A DNA stretch of 64,000 bases, taken from IMG/VR virus record IMGVR_UViG_3300032265_003789, positions 15,734-79,733 of that record. One strand, written 5' to 3'. Shown here piece by piece: positions 1 to 9,502 of the stretch (within the stretch, counting starts at the first letter, position 1; each line of letters starts with the position of its first letter). The notes beneath the pieces were generated by a model. That model was not told the origin of the DNA. It ran no database searches and saw only the letters and a program-made list of their open reading frames with translations. The stretch comes from a virus. The position numbers and the translations under genes were made by a program.

Positions 1-1
1 A

Positions 2-220
2 ATCCTATCCAAGGCGATCAAGCAGGTTTGCGATACTGAACTAGTATTGCGCAAGGGCTACGATTGGTATCTAGAAAATGGGCGCTACAGGATAGAGTGG
101 CCCATCTGGGATATACAACAAACTGGATTAATTAACGAAGGAGCACAACCAAATGAGCAGCAATCCAATATTGAACCAGCAGAGCAGCAACGAAGACGAA
201 GGCTTGGACTCGTTTCATAA
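2..220 (+). CDS. 3' end of a gene entering from outside the window, probably the portal protein
   Basis: Open frame from base 2 (ILSKAIKQVCDTELVLRKGYDWYLENGRYRIEWP...LGLVS*), read by hand. It lies directly upstream of the gp7/F-like head morphogenesis gene, which is the usual portal position. Confidence 0.45.
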   Translation: MLSKAIKQVCDTELVLRKGYDWYLENGRYRIEWPIWDIQQTGLINEGAQPNEQQSNIEPAEQQRRRRLGLVS

Positions 221-347
221 TTTGAGCGCCAAATCTAAACTGACTCCAGATGTGATAGCCGAAGCGCTCAAAGCTTGGCAGCAACACGCTCCGGATGAAT
301 TTAAAAACCTTGTAGAAGCTGAGATTGAGGCAGATGGCAAGCCCTAA
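153..347 (+). CDS. Small hypothetical head-module protein (64 aa)
   Basis: ORF with GAAGGAG RBS upstream, between the putative portal and the head morphogenesis gene. Confidence 0.5.
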   Translation: MSSNPILNQQSSNEDEGLDSFHNLSAKSKLTPDVIAEALKAWQQHAPDEFKNLVEAEIEADGKP

Positions 348-1029
348 CTTCTCTTTCAACAAACGCACCCAGCGCTACCACTACACAGATGGCAACAAGA
401 AAGGACAGTTTGTTGCTACCTCGAAAGTGCGAGATGCCACTCAGAATTTTATCGATAGCTACAAGGGTACTTTTGCCCAGATAAACCAAGATTTTAGCTC
501 TGGCAAAATCCCTATTGCAGCCTGGGAAAACAAATTGGCAGATGCGATCAGGGAAGTCACAGTCTGTTCATACAAAGTTGCCAATCCCACCGCTACAGCT
601 TCAGATTGGGCAAACGTAGGGCGCCATTTGCAAAAGCAATATACTTTCTTGCGCAATTTCACTCGAGAGGTACACGCTGGCAAGCTTTCAGACGCTCAAA
701 TTCAGGCTAGGGCTAATCAGTATTTACAAGCTGCCCATACTGTTTTCAATAATGCCACTAGGGACTCTTATGCAGACGCTGGATATAAGTGGGAGCGCAG
801 GTTACTAAGCTCTAAAGAACCATGCTTTGATTGCCCAAAATACGCAGAGGCTGGCTGGCAACCGATGGGCTCCTTGCCAGCAGTTGGCGAGAAATGCGAG
901 TGCCGCTCTCATTGCCGGTGCTACTTTGAATTTAGCCAGAGCTATACTATGCCTAAAGAACGTTTGCTCTATAATAGTTTAGATATACTTATAGAACAAA
1001 TTTATGATAAATCCAGATACTTTAAATAA
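334..1029 (+). CDS. Phage head morphogenesis protein (SPP1 gp7 / Mu F-like)
   Basis: C-terminal CxxC...GWQPMGSLP...CxCxxxCRC motif typical of the F-like family; head module context. Confidence 0.75.
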   Translation: MASPNFSFNKRTQRYHYTDGNKKGQFVATSKVRDATQNFIDSYKGTFAQINQDFSSGKIPIAAWENKLADAIREVTVCSYKVANPTATASDWANVGRHLQKQYTFLRNFTREVHAGKLSDAQIQARANQYLQAAHTVFNNATRDSYADAGYKWERRLLSSKEPCFDCPKYAEAGWQPMGSLPAVGEKCECRSHCRCYFEFSQSYTMPKERLLYNSLDILIEQIYDKSRYFK

Positions 1030-1681
1030 AATTAATAGCTACAGGCCGCATGGCCACCCAGAATATAGCGATTCTGACGTGAGCACTTTTCACATTTTAG
1101 CCAGTAATAACCTCCTGCATTCAGATTTATTTCGCTGGGATTTGCCAAGCCTTAAGCAGATGGCCCGCACTTACCCTGGTAAACCCCTGATGCTGGATCA
1201 TGATTGGGAGGATGTGCTTAAGCAATGCGGTTTTGTGTATGATGCTACCTTGCTGCATTATGCCAATCCATCACCTGAGCTTAAAGAACATATGCTCTCT
1301 CACTCACCTAGACCTGAGATTGACAGCAAGACTCTAGAGCAAGAGGGACTGTATCAGTTAATGTGCCACGTTGCTACAGAAACCTCTCACCCTATTACTA
1401 ACGATCTGCACTACAACAGGAAAGTAAACGCTTCTATTGGTGGCTTTAGCACTGGAGAAACTTACTGCCCAATTTGTGATACAAGCTTTGAGGATGATAA
1501 CTGTCCGCACTACTTGCCAGTAGGCAAGATCCACGGCAATGTAAAAGCTGAAAATATAGCTCCCTATTGGATTCGTGGAGGCTACCTCAATACTGTGGAG
1601 CTCTCTCTGGTAATGGCAGGCAATTGCCCCAGCGCCAGAGTGCTCAATAGCTCTATTGCCCAGAAGATGTGCCTGAGCTAG
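1004..1681 (+). CDS. Putative prohead maturation protease
   Basis: PLMLDHDW, SIGG, CPIC..CPH and ELSLV..G motifs resemble HK97/U35-type prohead proteases with a Zn-finger insert. Confidence 0.6.
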   Translation: MINPDTLNKINSYRPHGHPEYSDSDVSTFHILASNNLLHSDLFRWDLPSLKQMARTYPGKPLMLDHDWEDVLKQCGFVYDATLLHYANPSPELKEHMLSHSPRPEIDSKTLEQEGLYQLMCHVATETSHPITNDLHYNRKVNASIGGFSTGETYCPICDTSFEDDNCPHYLPVGKIHGNVKAENIAPYWIRGGYLNTVELSLVMAGNCPSARVLNSSIAQKMCLS

Positions 1682-1994
1682 CAGCCCATAACTTCGGCTT
1701 GCCTCGCACTTGCTTTTCTTCACACTTGATAGCTACTCCATTGGCTTGGAGTATCCGCAAGTAGATATGAATGTGCGAGATTTGACCTGGCAATGTCGCT
1801 AATCCTCTGGCTTGCTCAGTGCGCTTGGCAATTTCAGCGCTGGTAATAAAGTTTTCATCCAGTACTGACCAATAACATATGGCTTTGTAGGTAGCCTGGT
1901 ATATTGCTTTTTCTGGCACAATAAGCGCAATCCCTTGGTTGATAAGCTCGGCTGCTGCTGCAATTTGCAGCTCTTCTGATTGTGATAATCCCAT
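1653..1994 (-). CDS. Hypothetical protein, possibly winged-helix DNA binding
   Basis: AAGGAG RBS. The ITSAEIA...IHIYLRILQANGV...GKPKLW pattern is wHTH-like. Confidence 0.45.
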   Translation of the reverse strand: MGLSQSEELQIAAAAELINQGIALIVPEKAIYQATYKAICYWSVLDENFITSAEIAKRTEQARGLATLPGQISHIHIYLRILQANGVAIKCEEKQVRGKPKLWAASSGTSSGQ

Positions 1995-2018
1995 GTAATT
2001 TCTCCTTGTAGGTATTAT

Positions 2019-2046
2019 AAAACCCCTCGCTAGTGGAGGGGTTTTT
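2019..2046. terminator. Intrinsic terminator (bidirectional)
   Basis: AAAACCCCTC-gctagtg-GAGGGGTTTTT hairpin after the ParB-like gene. Confidence 0.65.
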
Positions 2047-2051
2047 GGTAT

Positions 2052-2351
2052 TTAGTTGTAGATGGCGATTTGAGCTTTAATCGATTCGATCTCTTCGTCT
2101 TTTACGACAAAAGCGTCAATCATTTCCGCTTTCCTAGGATCCAATTGTCTAGCGCGGGCTGCTGCATGGTAGCTGAGGTGCCCTGCGACAACCTCGAGCG
2201 ATTCGATGTGAATCTGCTTGAGGATGATGGGTCGAACTAGCCCTCCATGCTGCAAAATACTTTTGGCTAATTCCTCAATATCGGTTTTAGAAAACTCGGT
2301 AGCAGGAACAACGGAAAAAATGTCTTTGATATCGACAAGAGCGTAACGCAT
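2052..2351 (-). CDS. ParB/Srx N-terminal domain protein
   Basis: IEELAKSILQHGGLVRPII...VVAGHLSYHAA ParB-N signature; AGGAG RBS. Confidence 0.75.
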   Translation of the reverse strand: MRYALVDIKDIFSVVPATEFSKTDIEELAKSILQHGGLVRPIILKQIHIESLEVVAGHLSYHAAARARQLDPRKAEMIDAFVVKDEEIESIKAQIAIYN

Positions 2352-2369
2352 GATGTGGTCTCCTAATTG

Positions 2370-2402
2370 TTAAGGTACGGGCGCGGGTGGGGCGTGAGGC
2401 AT
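2370..2402 (-). CDS. Putative 10-aa Pro-rich leader peptide (MPHAPPAPVP)
   Basis: Manual translation; GAGGA RBS just downstream of the leftward promoter and upstream of the ParB-like gene. Confidence 0.35.
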   Translation of the reverse strand: MPHAPPAPVP

Positions 2403-2424
2403 TTCCTCTTTCACCTGTATATAC

Positions 2425-2473
2425 ATTATCGGATATATTTCCTAGAAGATCAATAGGTATTTATACCTAATTT
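2425..2473 (-). promoter_or_regulatory. Leftward early promoter with TAGGTAT-N2-ATACCTA operator
   Basis: Minus strand reads AAATTAGGTATAAATACCTA-TTGATC-N17-GATAAT. Confidence 0.7.
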
Positions 2474-2559
2474 TGAATATTTTTTTATAGGATATCTTAT
2501 GTATTTTCAAATATTTTAAGATTTTGCTTATATATTGTAATGACTGTATTGGTACATAG

Positions 2560-2790
2560 CAACAGATATACAAAATCCTGATGAGTTTTAGCAAAATCGA
2601 CAGAATATCTTATGTATTTTTCGGGTATCCGTACGTTTATCAATACAATTATCGCTATACATAAGTAAAATCGCAAAATATTCAAAAACATATAAGAAAG
2701 TTTATAGGAAAATACCCAAAATTAAGTATAAATACCTATTGATCTTTTAGGGAATATATCCGATAATATATATATTAGCCCGATAAGGAG
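2560..2790 (+). repeat. ~230-bp element, inverted copy at ~36131-36360
   Basis: Reverse complement aligns by eye with 36131-36360 at high but not perfect identity, through the promoter and RBS (GCCCGATAAGGAG). Confidence 0.85.
2719..2767 (+). promoter_or_regulatory. Rightward early promoter with operator
   Basis: AAATTAAGTATAAATACCTA-TTGATC-N17-GATAAT. Confidence 0.7.
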
Positions 2791-2798
2791 ATTGTCCC

Positions 2799-2960
2799 AT
2801 GTTTACCGCACCTGAAGAAATCCTAGACCTCGCTCAGCAAGAACAAGTAGCCCGCACTGCCCGTCGTCTCAAAGGCGAGCCCGAGCCACAAGCTCCTGAC
2901 TTGGGTAGCGCCCAAGCTTCCATCAGGGAGCTCAAAGCCAGAGGGTGGTGGCCCCGCTAA
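2799..2960 (+). CDS. 53-aa early micro-protein (MFTAPEEILDLAQQ...ARGWWPR), not in ORF track
   Basis: TAAGGAG RBS, own promoter and own terminator. Confidence 0.7.
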   Translation: MFTAPEEILDLAQQEQVARTARRLKGEPEPQAPDLGSAQASIRELKARGWWPR

Positions 2961-2968
2961 CCACCTCC

Positions 2969-2993
2969 TCCCCCGAAAGGGGGATTTTTTTTT
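2969..2993 (+). terminator. Intrinsic terminator
   Basis: TCCCCC-GAAA-GGGGGA followed by a T run; the same hairpin occurs inverted at 35958-35981. Confidence 0.85.
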
Positions 2994-2995
2994 GT

Positions 2996-3457
2996 CTATT
3001 TGGAAAAATACGGAGAAGATTCAATGTACCCCCAGACGTATGGGTAATGCTCTGCTATCTCCTGCTGTAGCAACTCTAGGAGCTCTCTGTTAAATTGTGC
3101 CAGCGCCGCGTCAATTTGCCTGCGGTATTCCCGCTTTAAATCTTGATGGAATCCGTTGCCGGCGAAGCGCTTATCCCAACTGCCTGTATCTATCGAGTAC
3201 ATTCTCTGGCAACCGCGCTGACTATGATCGCTCTTGACGTATACCAGAGCGCCATGAGCTCTAACTAGTGCTGATTGCAACTTGTTAATTGAGCTAAGGC
3301 TTTGCTCAAATCTGCTTTCCGGCACTCTAGTATCAGCCTGCCACAAAATCCTAGTAAGTAGCTGCTCTCTACGATTGAGCGCTCTAGATGGATGGGTTAC
3401 TAGGGGAGCTATTAATATCAAATCGTCAAGGTCAGCCTTAAATAGTTCAATCGACAT
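2996..3457 (-). CDS. Hypothetical protein (153 aa)
   Basis: ORF track; no recognisable motif. Confidence 0.55.
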   Translation of the reverse strand: MSIELFKADLDDLILIAPLVTHPSRALNRREQLLTRILWQADTRVPESRFEQSLSSINKLQSALVRAHGALVYVKSDHSQRGCQRMYSIDTGSWDKRFAGNGFHQDLKREYRRQIDAALAQFNRELLELLQQEIAEHYPYVWGYIESSPYFSK

Positions 3458-3612
3458 GGTTTAGTTGTTCTCGTTGCAGTATTTCTAATTTAATAATAAT
3501 TCTACCCCTAAAGTGCGCTCTAGGGGTTTTTCTGTTGCCGGCAAAACAACTGGCTTTTGTAAAAGATTGCTAGGCAATAGCTCTAGTTGCTATTAGTAAC
3601 TATATGCTTAGG

Positions 3613-3638
3613 TACGTATTAAATACAATTAATACGTA
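3613..3638. promoter_or_regulatory. Perfect 10-bp inverted repeat upstream of the major capsid gene
   Basis: TACGTATTAA-atacaa-TTAATACGTA. Confidence 0.45.
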
Positions 3639-3688
3639 TTTATGGTATAAATGTAGTTAGTAATAATATATCAACTGGAGTATATATA

Positions 3689-5530
3689 ATGCCTAGACGT
3701 TCCGTGCGCACGGAAGTTAGGGAAGAACTAAATTTCCCTAATGACCAGGTAAAAATTGTTAATACAAACGATTTAGCCGATTCAATTAACAGCGTAAAAG
3801 CAGTTAAGCAGCAACAAGAAGAAGTCATCCCATCTGCACCTGCAATTAGCAACGCTGACCTTATCAAGCAGGCTATTGATGCTGCTACAGCAATTCAAGG
3901 AGAAAAGCTAGCAGTTGAGCTCAAAGCCAAAGAACTAGAAATTGAAAAAACCCTACAAGAGCGCGACTTGGCTCATCAGCAAGAGCTCGAAAGCTACAAG
4001 GCGACCCTTGAAGCTTTGACTGCTAAAACCAGCGAACAAATCGAAAGTATTCAATCAGAACTTAAACAAACCAATACAAAGCTTGAAGATGCCAAAGTTG
4101 CTGAAAAGCGCATGGCTGAAGTATTCAAACTACATGGTAAAGCAAACCCAGTGGTACAAACTAAGACTCCCGCTTTGAACGTTCTGACCTCCACTACTTC
4201 TGATCGCATGGTTGGCGCCTTTGCTGAATTCCAGGCGATTAAACAGAAATCCCAGCAAGTCCTTAAGCAGTCCTCCAAAGGTACTGCTTACGTGATGGGT
4301 GACTTTAGAGAAGCTGATCGCTTTGTTACTGAAAACCGCAAAGCGGTAATCAAAGACCTTGAAGCTTTTGCTAAGAAAAACGGCATGCTCCAAGGGCTCA
4401 ACCCAACTCCAGAAGCTATCAAGCAGGCAAGCACTCAGATTACTGATGTGCCCGGTGGCTTCCTTGATACTCTAAGCTCTATTGTTCGTACCACTCACAG
4501 ACCCGGCTTTGTCTTCTGGCAATTTGCCCAGACTGAGTTCAACTACCTCAAAGGTGAAGGCTCCAACGTATTAGTTCAGCGCGCTGCTTACGCTGCTGCT
4601 TCTAACAACCCAGCCGATTGGGAATTAAGTGGCGGTGGTAGCTTTGTTGCAATTGACAATACCCTACAGCAGATCACTACTGGTACTGTTCCTATCACCC
4701 TAAAAGAATACGGACTAGGTAAATCTGGCACAACCAATCAGCCAATCTCCCTACCTAGCTTTGTCATGGCGTACTCCATGATTGATCTAGTATCTGTTCT
4801 AGAGCGCAACTTAGGACAAAACTACGCTTACTTTGAAGACCTCAAAATCAGATCTCTCTATGCTGGTACTAGCGTTAGGCTCTATAACAATAACAGCTCT
4901 GTTGTCTCAGCAGGCTCTGGCGTATCCGCAGGTACAGCAACTAATCCTTCTGGAGTAATCACCAAAGAATTCTTGATTAACCTTTACGCCTATATGTTAG
5001 GTCGTCAGGTTGAGCGCTTTGCTGATGGCTGTTACGCGCTGGTACTGCATCCTACTGCTGCTAGCCAATTCTTAAATTCCTTGGCCGCGCTTTACAGGTT
5101 TGTTACCAAAGACGATATTGAAGCGCTAACCACAATTCTCAACCCCGGTGTAATTCAACCAGAAAACGGTTCTAGAGTTTCTGGCTATATCGGTACTTAC
5201 TACAACTTCCATATCTTCCAATCCAACTCTTTTAGTGTTGGCGCGGCCGCAACTGAAGGAGTACAAACTGAAACCATTGGATCTACCTCTGGCGTTCTCA
5301 CTCGCACTAGCTACGCATTTGGTAATGCGGCGGTTGGTCGCGGTGTTGGTACTCCAATGGAAATCAGACAGAACGAAATCACTAACTATCAACGTTTGAA
5401 CTCCTATATCTGGAGATCTGAAGAAGGCTTTGCCCCTCTTGACGTTGATCCTACTGGTTACTCTGATGCTTCTGCTGTTCCTCAACAGCTTCGAGTATTC
5501 CAAATTCGCTCTACTGATATCGCGGTATAA
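3689..5530 (+). CDS. Major capsid protein with N-terminal coiled-coil scaffold domain
   Basis: 613 aa; ~150-aa E/K-rich coiled coil followed by an N4-gp56/HK97-like capsid region (TITLKEYG-like, YALVLHP, GYIGTYYNFHIFQSN, FGNAAVGRG); codon usage suggests high expression. Confidence 0.8.
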   Translation: MPRRSVRTEVREELNFPNDQVKIVNTNDLADSINSVKAVKQQQEEVIPSAPAISNADLIKQAIDAATAIQGEKLAVELKAKELEIEKTLQERDLAHQQELESYKATLEALTAKTSEQIESIQSELKQTNTKLEDAKVAEKRMAEVFKLHGKANPVVQTKTPALNVLTSTTSDRMVGAFAEFQAIKQKSQQVLKQSSKGTAYVMGDFREADRFVTENRKAVIKDLEAFAKKNGMLQGLNPTPEAIKQASTQITDVPGGFLDTLSSIVRTTHRPGFVFWQFAQTEFNYLKGEGSNVLVQRAAYAAASNNPADWELSGGGSFVAIDNTLQQITTGTVPITLKEYGLGKSGTTNQPISLPSFVMAYSMIDLVSVLERNLGQNYAYFEDLKIRSLYAGTSVRLYNNNSSVVSAGSGVSAGTATNPSGVITKEFLINLYAYMLGRQVERFADGCYALVLHPTAASQFLNSLAALYRFVTKDDIEALTTILNPGVIQPENGSRVSGYIGTYYNFHIFQSNSFSVGAAATEGVQTETIGSTSGVLTRTSYAFGNAAVGRGVGTPMEIRQNEITNYQRLNSYIWRSEEGFAPLDVDPTGYSDASAVPQQLRVFQIRSTDIAV

Positions 5531-5534
5531 ACCA

Positions 5535-5819
5535 ATGGCAGCAGTACCAAATCAAAACGGTACTACTAAAGTAGCTGAGGGGCTCAAGCAGCCCTCTGCT
5601 GCTCAAATAGTAACCGAGCAGATTAATTCTCCAGGCAAAACCAGTAAAGCCAAAAACTTACCAGAGTTTGTTGATTTTCGCAGTTCAGCAGATTATCAAC
5701 TCTGGGTTGGCAACGGGCTCAAAGTCTGTGCCAAGTGTGGCTCTAAAAAAAGCAGTGATGGCTACGGCAACCTAGTTTGCCCTAACGAGCTGCCAGATTG
5801 CACATTTATCAAGGAGTAA
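5535..5819 (+). CDS. Small Zn-finger protein downstream of the capsid gene
   Basis: ATG at 5535; CAKC...CPNELPDC. Confidence 0.6.
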   Translation: MAAVPNQNGTTKVAEGLKQPSAAQIVTEQINSPGKTSKAKNLPEFVDFRSSADYQLWVGNGLKVCAKCGSKKSSDGYGNLVCPNELPDCTFIKE

Positions 5820-5823
5820 ATTT

Positions 5824-6537
5824 GTGGGGCTACTGACCGTAAACGATGCCCTAACTTTTGTACCTAGCTGGAGCTCTCTTGACGGGGCTCAGCTAGGCTC
5901 TTTAGTGAATCTGATTAACTATACTATTGAATCTCCATCAGGTGCCAATAGAGCTTTGGGTATCACTCAATATACCGAACTTAAACGTTTGACCCTCAAA
6001 CTTCAAAATACCTTTCTAAGCTTTAGACCCCTAGTATTTAATCCCACAGTAGATCCCACCTCTCAAATCAGCTTTACAGGCAACGATCTATATAAAGCTC
6101 ATTTCCAAATCAGGATAGCCGACGCGCTCAACTACTATGGTCGGGCTGTACCTGTGCAACCTTGGCTTACAATTGACAACAAAAACATGGTGCAAGTTGA
6201 TATCCATGGACAGTTATCTTTATTTTTAACTCAAGCTTATTTTTACAATTTCCCAGAATTTAGCCAGAGTATCCGGACTATCGCCACAGAAATCAGATGC
6301 CAATATTGGGCAGGACTAGACTTTACCAAAACCACTCCTGAGTTGACCAATCTTAAGATAGCCGCTTGTGAAATTGGCAAGTATCTCCAGAGCAAGCAAT
6401 ATTCTGGAGTATCAAGTATTCAAGGGCCTTTTGATGATCTTACAGTTGGCTTTAATAGCTCTGGAGCTTCTGCCTATAAAGTGCCAGATTATCTGCTTTT
6501 ACCCTTTAGGAGATATAGAGCCAAAACGGTTTTTTAA
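5824..6537 (+). CDS. Putative head-tail connector/adaptor
   Basis: LLTVNDA start, ..LKIAACEI.. and C-terminal LLPFRRYR typical of gp6/gp15-like adaptors; position after the capsid gene. Confidence 0.6.
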   Translation: MGLLTVNDALTFVPSWSSLDGAQLGSLVNLINYTIESPSGANRALGITQYTELKRLTLKLQNTFLSFRPLVFNPTVDPTSQISFTGNDLYKAHFQIRIADALNYYGRAVPVQPWLTIDNKNMVQVDIHGQLSLFLTQAYFYNFPEFSQSIRTIATEIRCQYWAGLDFTKTTPELTNLKIAACEIGKYLQSKQYSGVSSIQGPFDDLTVGFNSSGASAYKVPDYLLLPFRRYRAKTVF

Positions 6538-6580
6538 TTGTTGCTAAAATCAGACAAGTAACAATCAATACAAACCAAGT

Positions 6581-8059
6581 ATGACTCAATATATTTTAAA
6601 TAATAATGTTCCGCTGGTTGACAAATCTCAAGAATTCAAAGAGCAGGTAATCAATAACGCCCTACTAGCTACTAGCTGTTTGACCCGTAGCGTGCTCACT
6701 AGGACTCTTGCCACCCCACCGGGCTCTCCAGCAGACGAATCTCTATATATAATTCCTGCCACGGGATCCACTGGGGATTGGGCAAATAAAGCCAATCAAT
6801 TAGTTTTGTATTATAATTCTCTGCCCTTGTACTTTCAGCCCTACGAGGGGCTAGTAGTTTTTGTAATTGATGAGCAAGTATGGTACAACTACCATGGCAG
6901 CGCTTGGGAGCCAATCAATACGGGAGCTAGCGGTGGTAGCACCAATCCCTTAACTGCCCTTGGGGATATTTATGTGGGCAGAGCTAGTGGCGCTGCTTCA
7001 AGATTGCCAGTAGGAACTAATGGCTCTTTTCTCCAATCCGATAGCACTCAAACCCTAGGGTTGAAATGGCAATCTATACCAACACTGCCGACAACTAGCC
7101 AAGCTCAAGCAGGGTTTTCTCCAGTAATCAACAGCGCAGGTACAGCTTACACCTTACAGCCGGGCTTACCCTTGCCAGCTTTAGCCTCAGCCGGGTTTAT
7201 CCCTGTGGTAAATGCCCAAGGCACAGCTTATACCTTACAGCAAGTTGGCTCAGGCAGTGGTAGCGGTGGCTCTACTACTACTTTTAGCAATACTCCCCCC
7301 AATAGTCCAACTCAAGGTACAAGCTGGTTTAGCCAGAGCACGAACAAACTTTATCTCTATCAAACTGATTCACGCAGTTTATCAGCTTGGGTACCAGTTG
7401 GCACAGGAAACGGGCTATTTGCAGCCTATCCTCTAGAGCTCAATTTCAACGCGCTACCTCTAGCCAATAGCGCCTTGGATCACTGGACGCTTGGGGATTC
7501 GCTTATCGATAATGTCGGAGTCACCCTTGGTACTACCGTCCATGTTGGCACAAGCTCTGGCGCATTCAATGGCAGGAGCTATATAGGTATCACTAGCGCA
7601 ATAGGCGATGTGTTTGATTTTGGCTCTGGAGATTATACGGTCACCCTTTGGTTTAATCTGAGCGATTTTGATGCTAGTGGAAATGCAATCTTGTTCAGCA
7701 AGTGGCAAAACCCCGGGTATAGCTATATAGCGGGGGTTACAGCAAGTAGTGTAAACTTTAGTTCACAATCAGCAACAGGCGCTTTAGATAGCGGTGTATC
7801 GGGCTCAGTGTCAATTAATACAGGCACTTGGTATCACTACGCTATATCCCGTCTGGCAGGTCAAAGGCGATTGTTCCTAAATGGCACTCTGCTGCAAACC
7901 ACTACAGATTTTACGCAATATACCAGCAACGCGTCGCCTTTTGTCATTGGCGCCAATGGGGATGCTGGTATTGTCTGGAATATTTATGGATTTGTGGAGC
8001 AATTTAGGGTTTATCGCAAGGGGATCTATACTGCTAATTTCACGCCTCCCACTAGCTAG
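6581..8059 (+). CDS. Tail fibre/virion protein, DUF2793 N-terminus plus LamG/concanavalin-like C-terminus
   Basis: INNALL..TPPGSPADESLYIIP..GDWA..PYEG (DUF2793-like); FDFGSGDYTVTLW..WYHYAISR..LFLNG..FRVYRKG (LamG-like). Confidence 0.75.
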   Translation: MTQYILNNNVPLVDKSQEFKEQVINNALLATSCLTRSVLTRTLATPPGSPADESLYIIPATGSTGDWANKANQLVLYYNSLPLYFQPYEGLVVFVIDEQVWYNYHGSAWEPINTGASGGSTNPLTALGDIYVGRASGAASRLPVGTNGSFLQSDSTQTLGLKWQSIPTLPTTSQAQAGFSPVINSAGTAYTLQPGLPLPALASAGFIPVVNAQGTAYTLQQVGSGSGSGGSTTTFSNTPPNSPTQGTSWFSQSTNKLYLYQTDSRSLSAWVPVGTGNGLFAAYPLELNFNALPLANSALDHWTLGDSLIDNVGVTLGTTVHVGTSSGAFNGRSYIGITSAIGDVFDFGSGDYTVTLWFNLSDFDASGNAILFSKWQNPGYSYIAGVTASSVNFSSQSATGALDSGVSGSVSINTGTWYHYAISRLAGQRRLFLNGTLLQTTTDFTQYTSNASPFVIGANGDAGIVWNIYGFVEQFRVYRKGIYTANFTPPTS

Positions 8060-8421
8060 CTATAGTAAAGCGATAAGGAATCGGTAGGCTCTAAGTCAAA
8101 AGCTCCAGTCCAAATCAGTTGTGTTCCATTAATATAATATTGAGCGCCAAAGCCCTGTTGTTGCCCATTTAAAAATAGCAGGGTCTCGGTGGGACGCACT
8201 GGAGGATGCCTCAGCGTAAATTGAGTCTGCCCCAGACTAGGATTAAAAATATCTAGATACTGGGATATAACTTGGACTTGGTTTATCGTAAATCCGCTGG
8301 GGTTTACTAGGGCTGTAACCACCTGCTGAGCTTGAGGGGTGACTGTAACCACCTGCTGAGCTTGGGGAACAACAGTAACAACAGTGGGTGATCCAACTTG
8401 AATAGTATAATTGTCGCTCAT
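8056..8421 (-). CDS. Virion structural protein (hypothetical)
   Basis: GQTQFTL..LFLNGQQQ..YYING beta motif typical of tail-associated proteins; tandem PQAQQVVT repeat. Confidence 0.55.
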   Translation of the reverse strand: MSDNYTIQVGSPTVVTVVPQAQQVVTVTPQAQQVVTALVNPSGFTINQVQVISQYLDIFNPSLGQTQFTLRHPPVRPTETLLFLNGQQQGFGAQYYINGTQLIWTGAFDLEPTDSLSLYYS

Positions 8422-8422
8422 T

Positions 8423-9358
8423 TTAACCGTTCCATCCAATTGTCCTATTTGGCTCAGTTACTCTTGGGCTCACCTCGACATAGCCTGAAGCAATCTTTGT
8501 ATTTTTAAATAAAATGTGAGCATTATAAGAAATCAATGTTGATGAGTTTGCAGTCCTAGAGGTTTCTAATGCTGTTCCTGGTAACACCCTGATTGTGCCA
8601 TCTTGATAATCAATATAACCAATGCCATAATTAACAAGTTGAGCAAAAGTCAAAGGATTTTGTTCAAGGTCTGCTGAATTTATTCCAGATAAAGAGCCAG
8701 CTATAACAGGAAGATTATCTTGATTAGTAACAATATTTCCTTGCTCATCGTAATTGAAATACCAAAGTGAGTTAATTTCAAGCAACGTTGGGGTGATTTT
8801 TTGCCCATCAAAGCGTTTCTGAATATTGGTATTAAGATCTACAATTGTTCCCTCTGGTGGGATTGTATTTAGCTCCACGTAAGGTAAAAAATCACCCCAG
8901 CGAGTTGGGGTAGTAGGACGCGCTGTCAAGCTAACCCAAATATCGTACACGTAAATATTATTACCAGGAATAGGCGTTTCCTTGCTTGATTTCCTATTGT
9001 TAGTATGCGGCAAACTAGCGCTCTGGGTAGCGCTCAACGTGGGAATAATTGTAGTCAAATCACTGGTTGGATCATAAACAAAAGTTTCAAAATACCAATT
9101 AACCAAAGGGGGCTCATTTGGCTCTGAATCTGCATAGTTTTTTCTGATAGAGCCGTTGACTGTATAAGCATAAGTTTTAGCATTGCTACCAGCATTTAAA
9201 GGATTAAAGTTAGGATCAACTGTTGTCAAATCTTCGGGCTCTTGAATTACAATTTTGTTGTAATCTGCGCCTTGCTCTATTGATAAATCCACTGGGTTGC
9301 CATTGGCATCTAGCAGGTTTAAATTATCGGTTTTTGTCAGATGAAGTACTATACTCAT
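8423..9358 (-). CDS. Virion structural protein (BppU-like N-terminus, tentative)
   Basis: DLSIEQGADY..TLSATQSASL..YVYDIW..GYVEVSPRVT pattern; ATG at 9358 overlaps the upstream stop (ATGA). Confidence 0.5.
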   Translation of the reverse strand: MSIVLHLTKTDNLNLLDANGNPVDLSIEQGADYNKIVIQEPEDLTTVDPNFNPLNAGSNAKTYAYTVNGSIRKNYADSEPNEPPLVNWYFETFVYDPTSDLTTIIPTLSATQSASLPHTNNRKSSKETPIPGNNIYVYDIWVSLTARPTTPTRWGDFLPYVELNTIPPEGTIVDLNTNIQKRFDGQKITPTLLEINSLWYFNYDEQGNIVTNQDNLPVIAGSLSGINSADLEQNPLTFAQLVNYGIGYIDYQDGTIRVLPGTALETSRTANSSTLISYNAHILFKNTKIASGYVEVSPRVTEPNRTIGWNG

Positions 9359-9501
9359 TGGCTTACTCCTGTGGGCCAAAGTTGCCCAGTGGTGATTTGT
9401 GGACGAGCATTTAATTCATTCGTACTAGCAGTAATAGTATTTGCAGAAATTGAATAATTTTTTATTAATACATTATTTAACCCAACGGTAAAATTTGCCA
9501 T
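9355..9501 (-). CDS. 48-aa small structural protein, not in ORF track
   Basis: MANFTVGLNN...RPQITTGQLWPTGVSQ; fills the gap and is translationally coupled on both sides. Confidence 0.6.
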   Translation of the reverse strand: MANFTVGLNNVLIKNYSISANTITASTNELNARPQITTGQLWPTGVSQ

Positions 9502-9502
9502 A

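Noticed and set aside
2497-2691. 64-aa ORF within the divergent promoter region
   Set aside because: Lies in the AT-rich repeat element with no RBS; likely spurious.
2969-2993. CCCCC-GAAA-GGGGG hairpin as a solitary CRISPR repeat or Cas6 substrate
   Set aside because: Followed by a long T run right after a stop codon in both copies, so an intrinsic terminator explains it.
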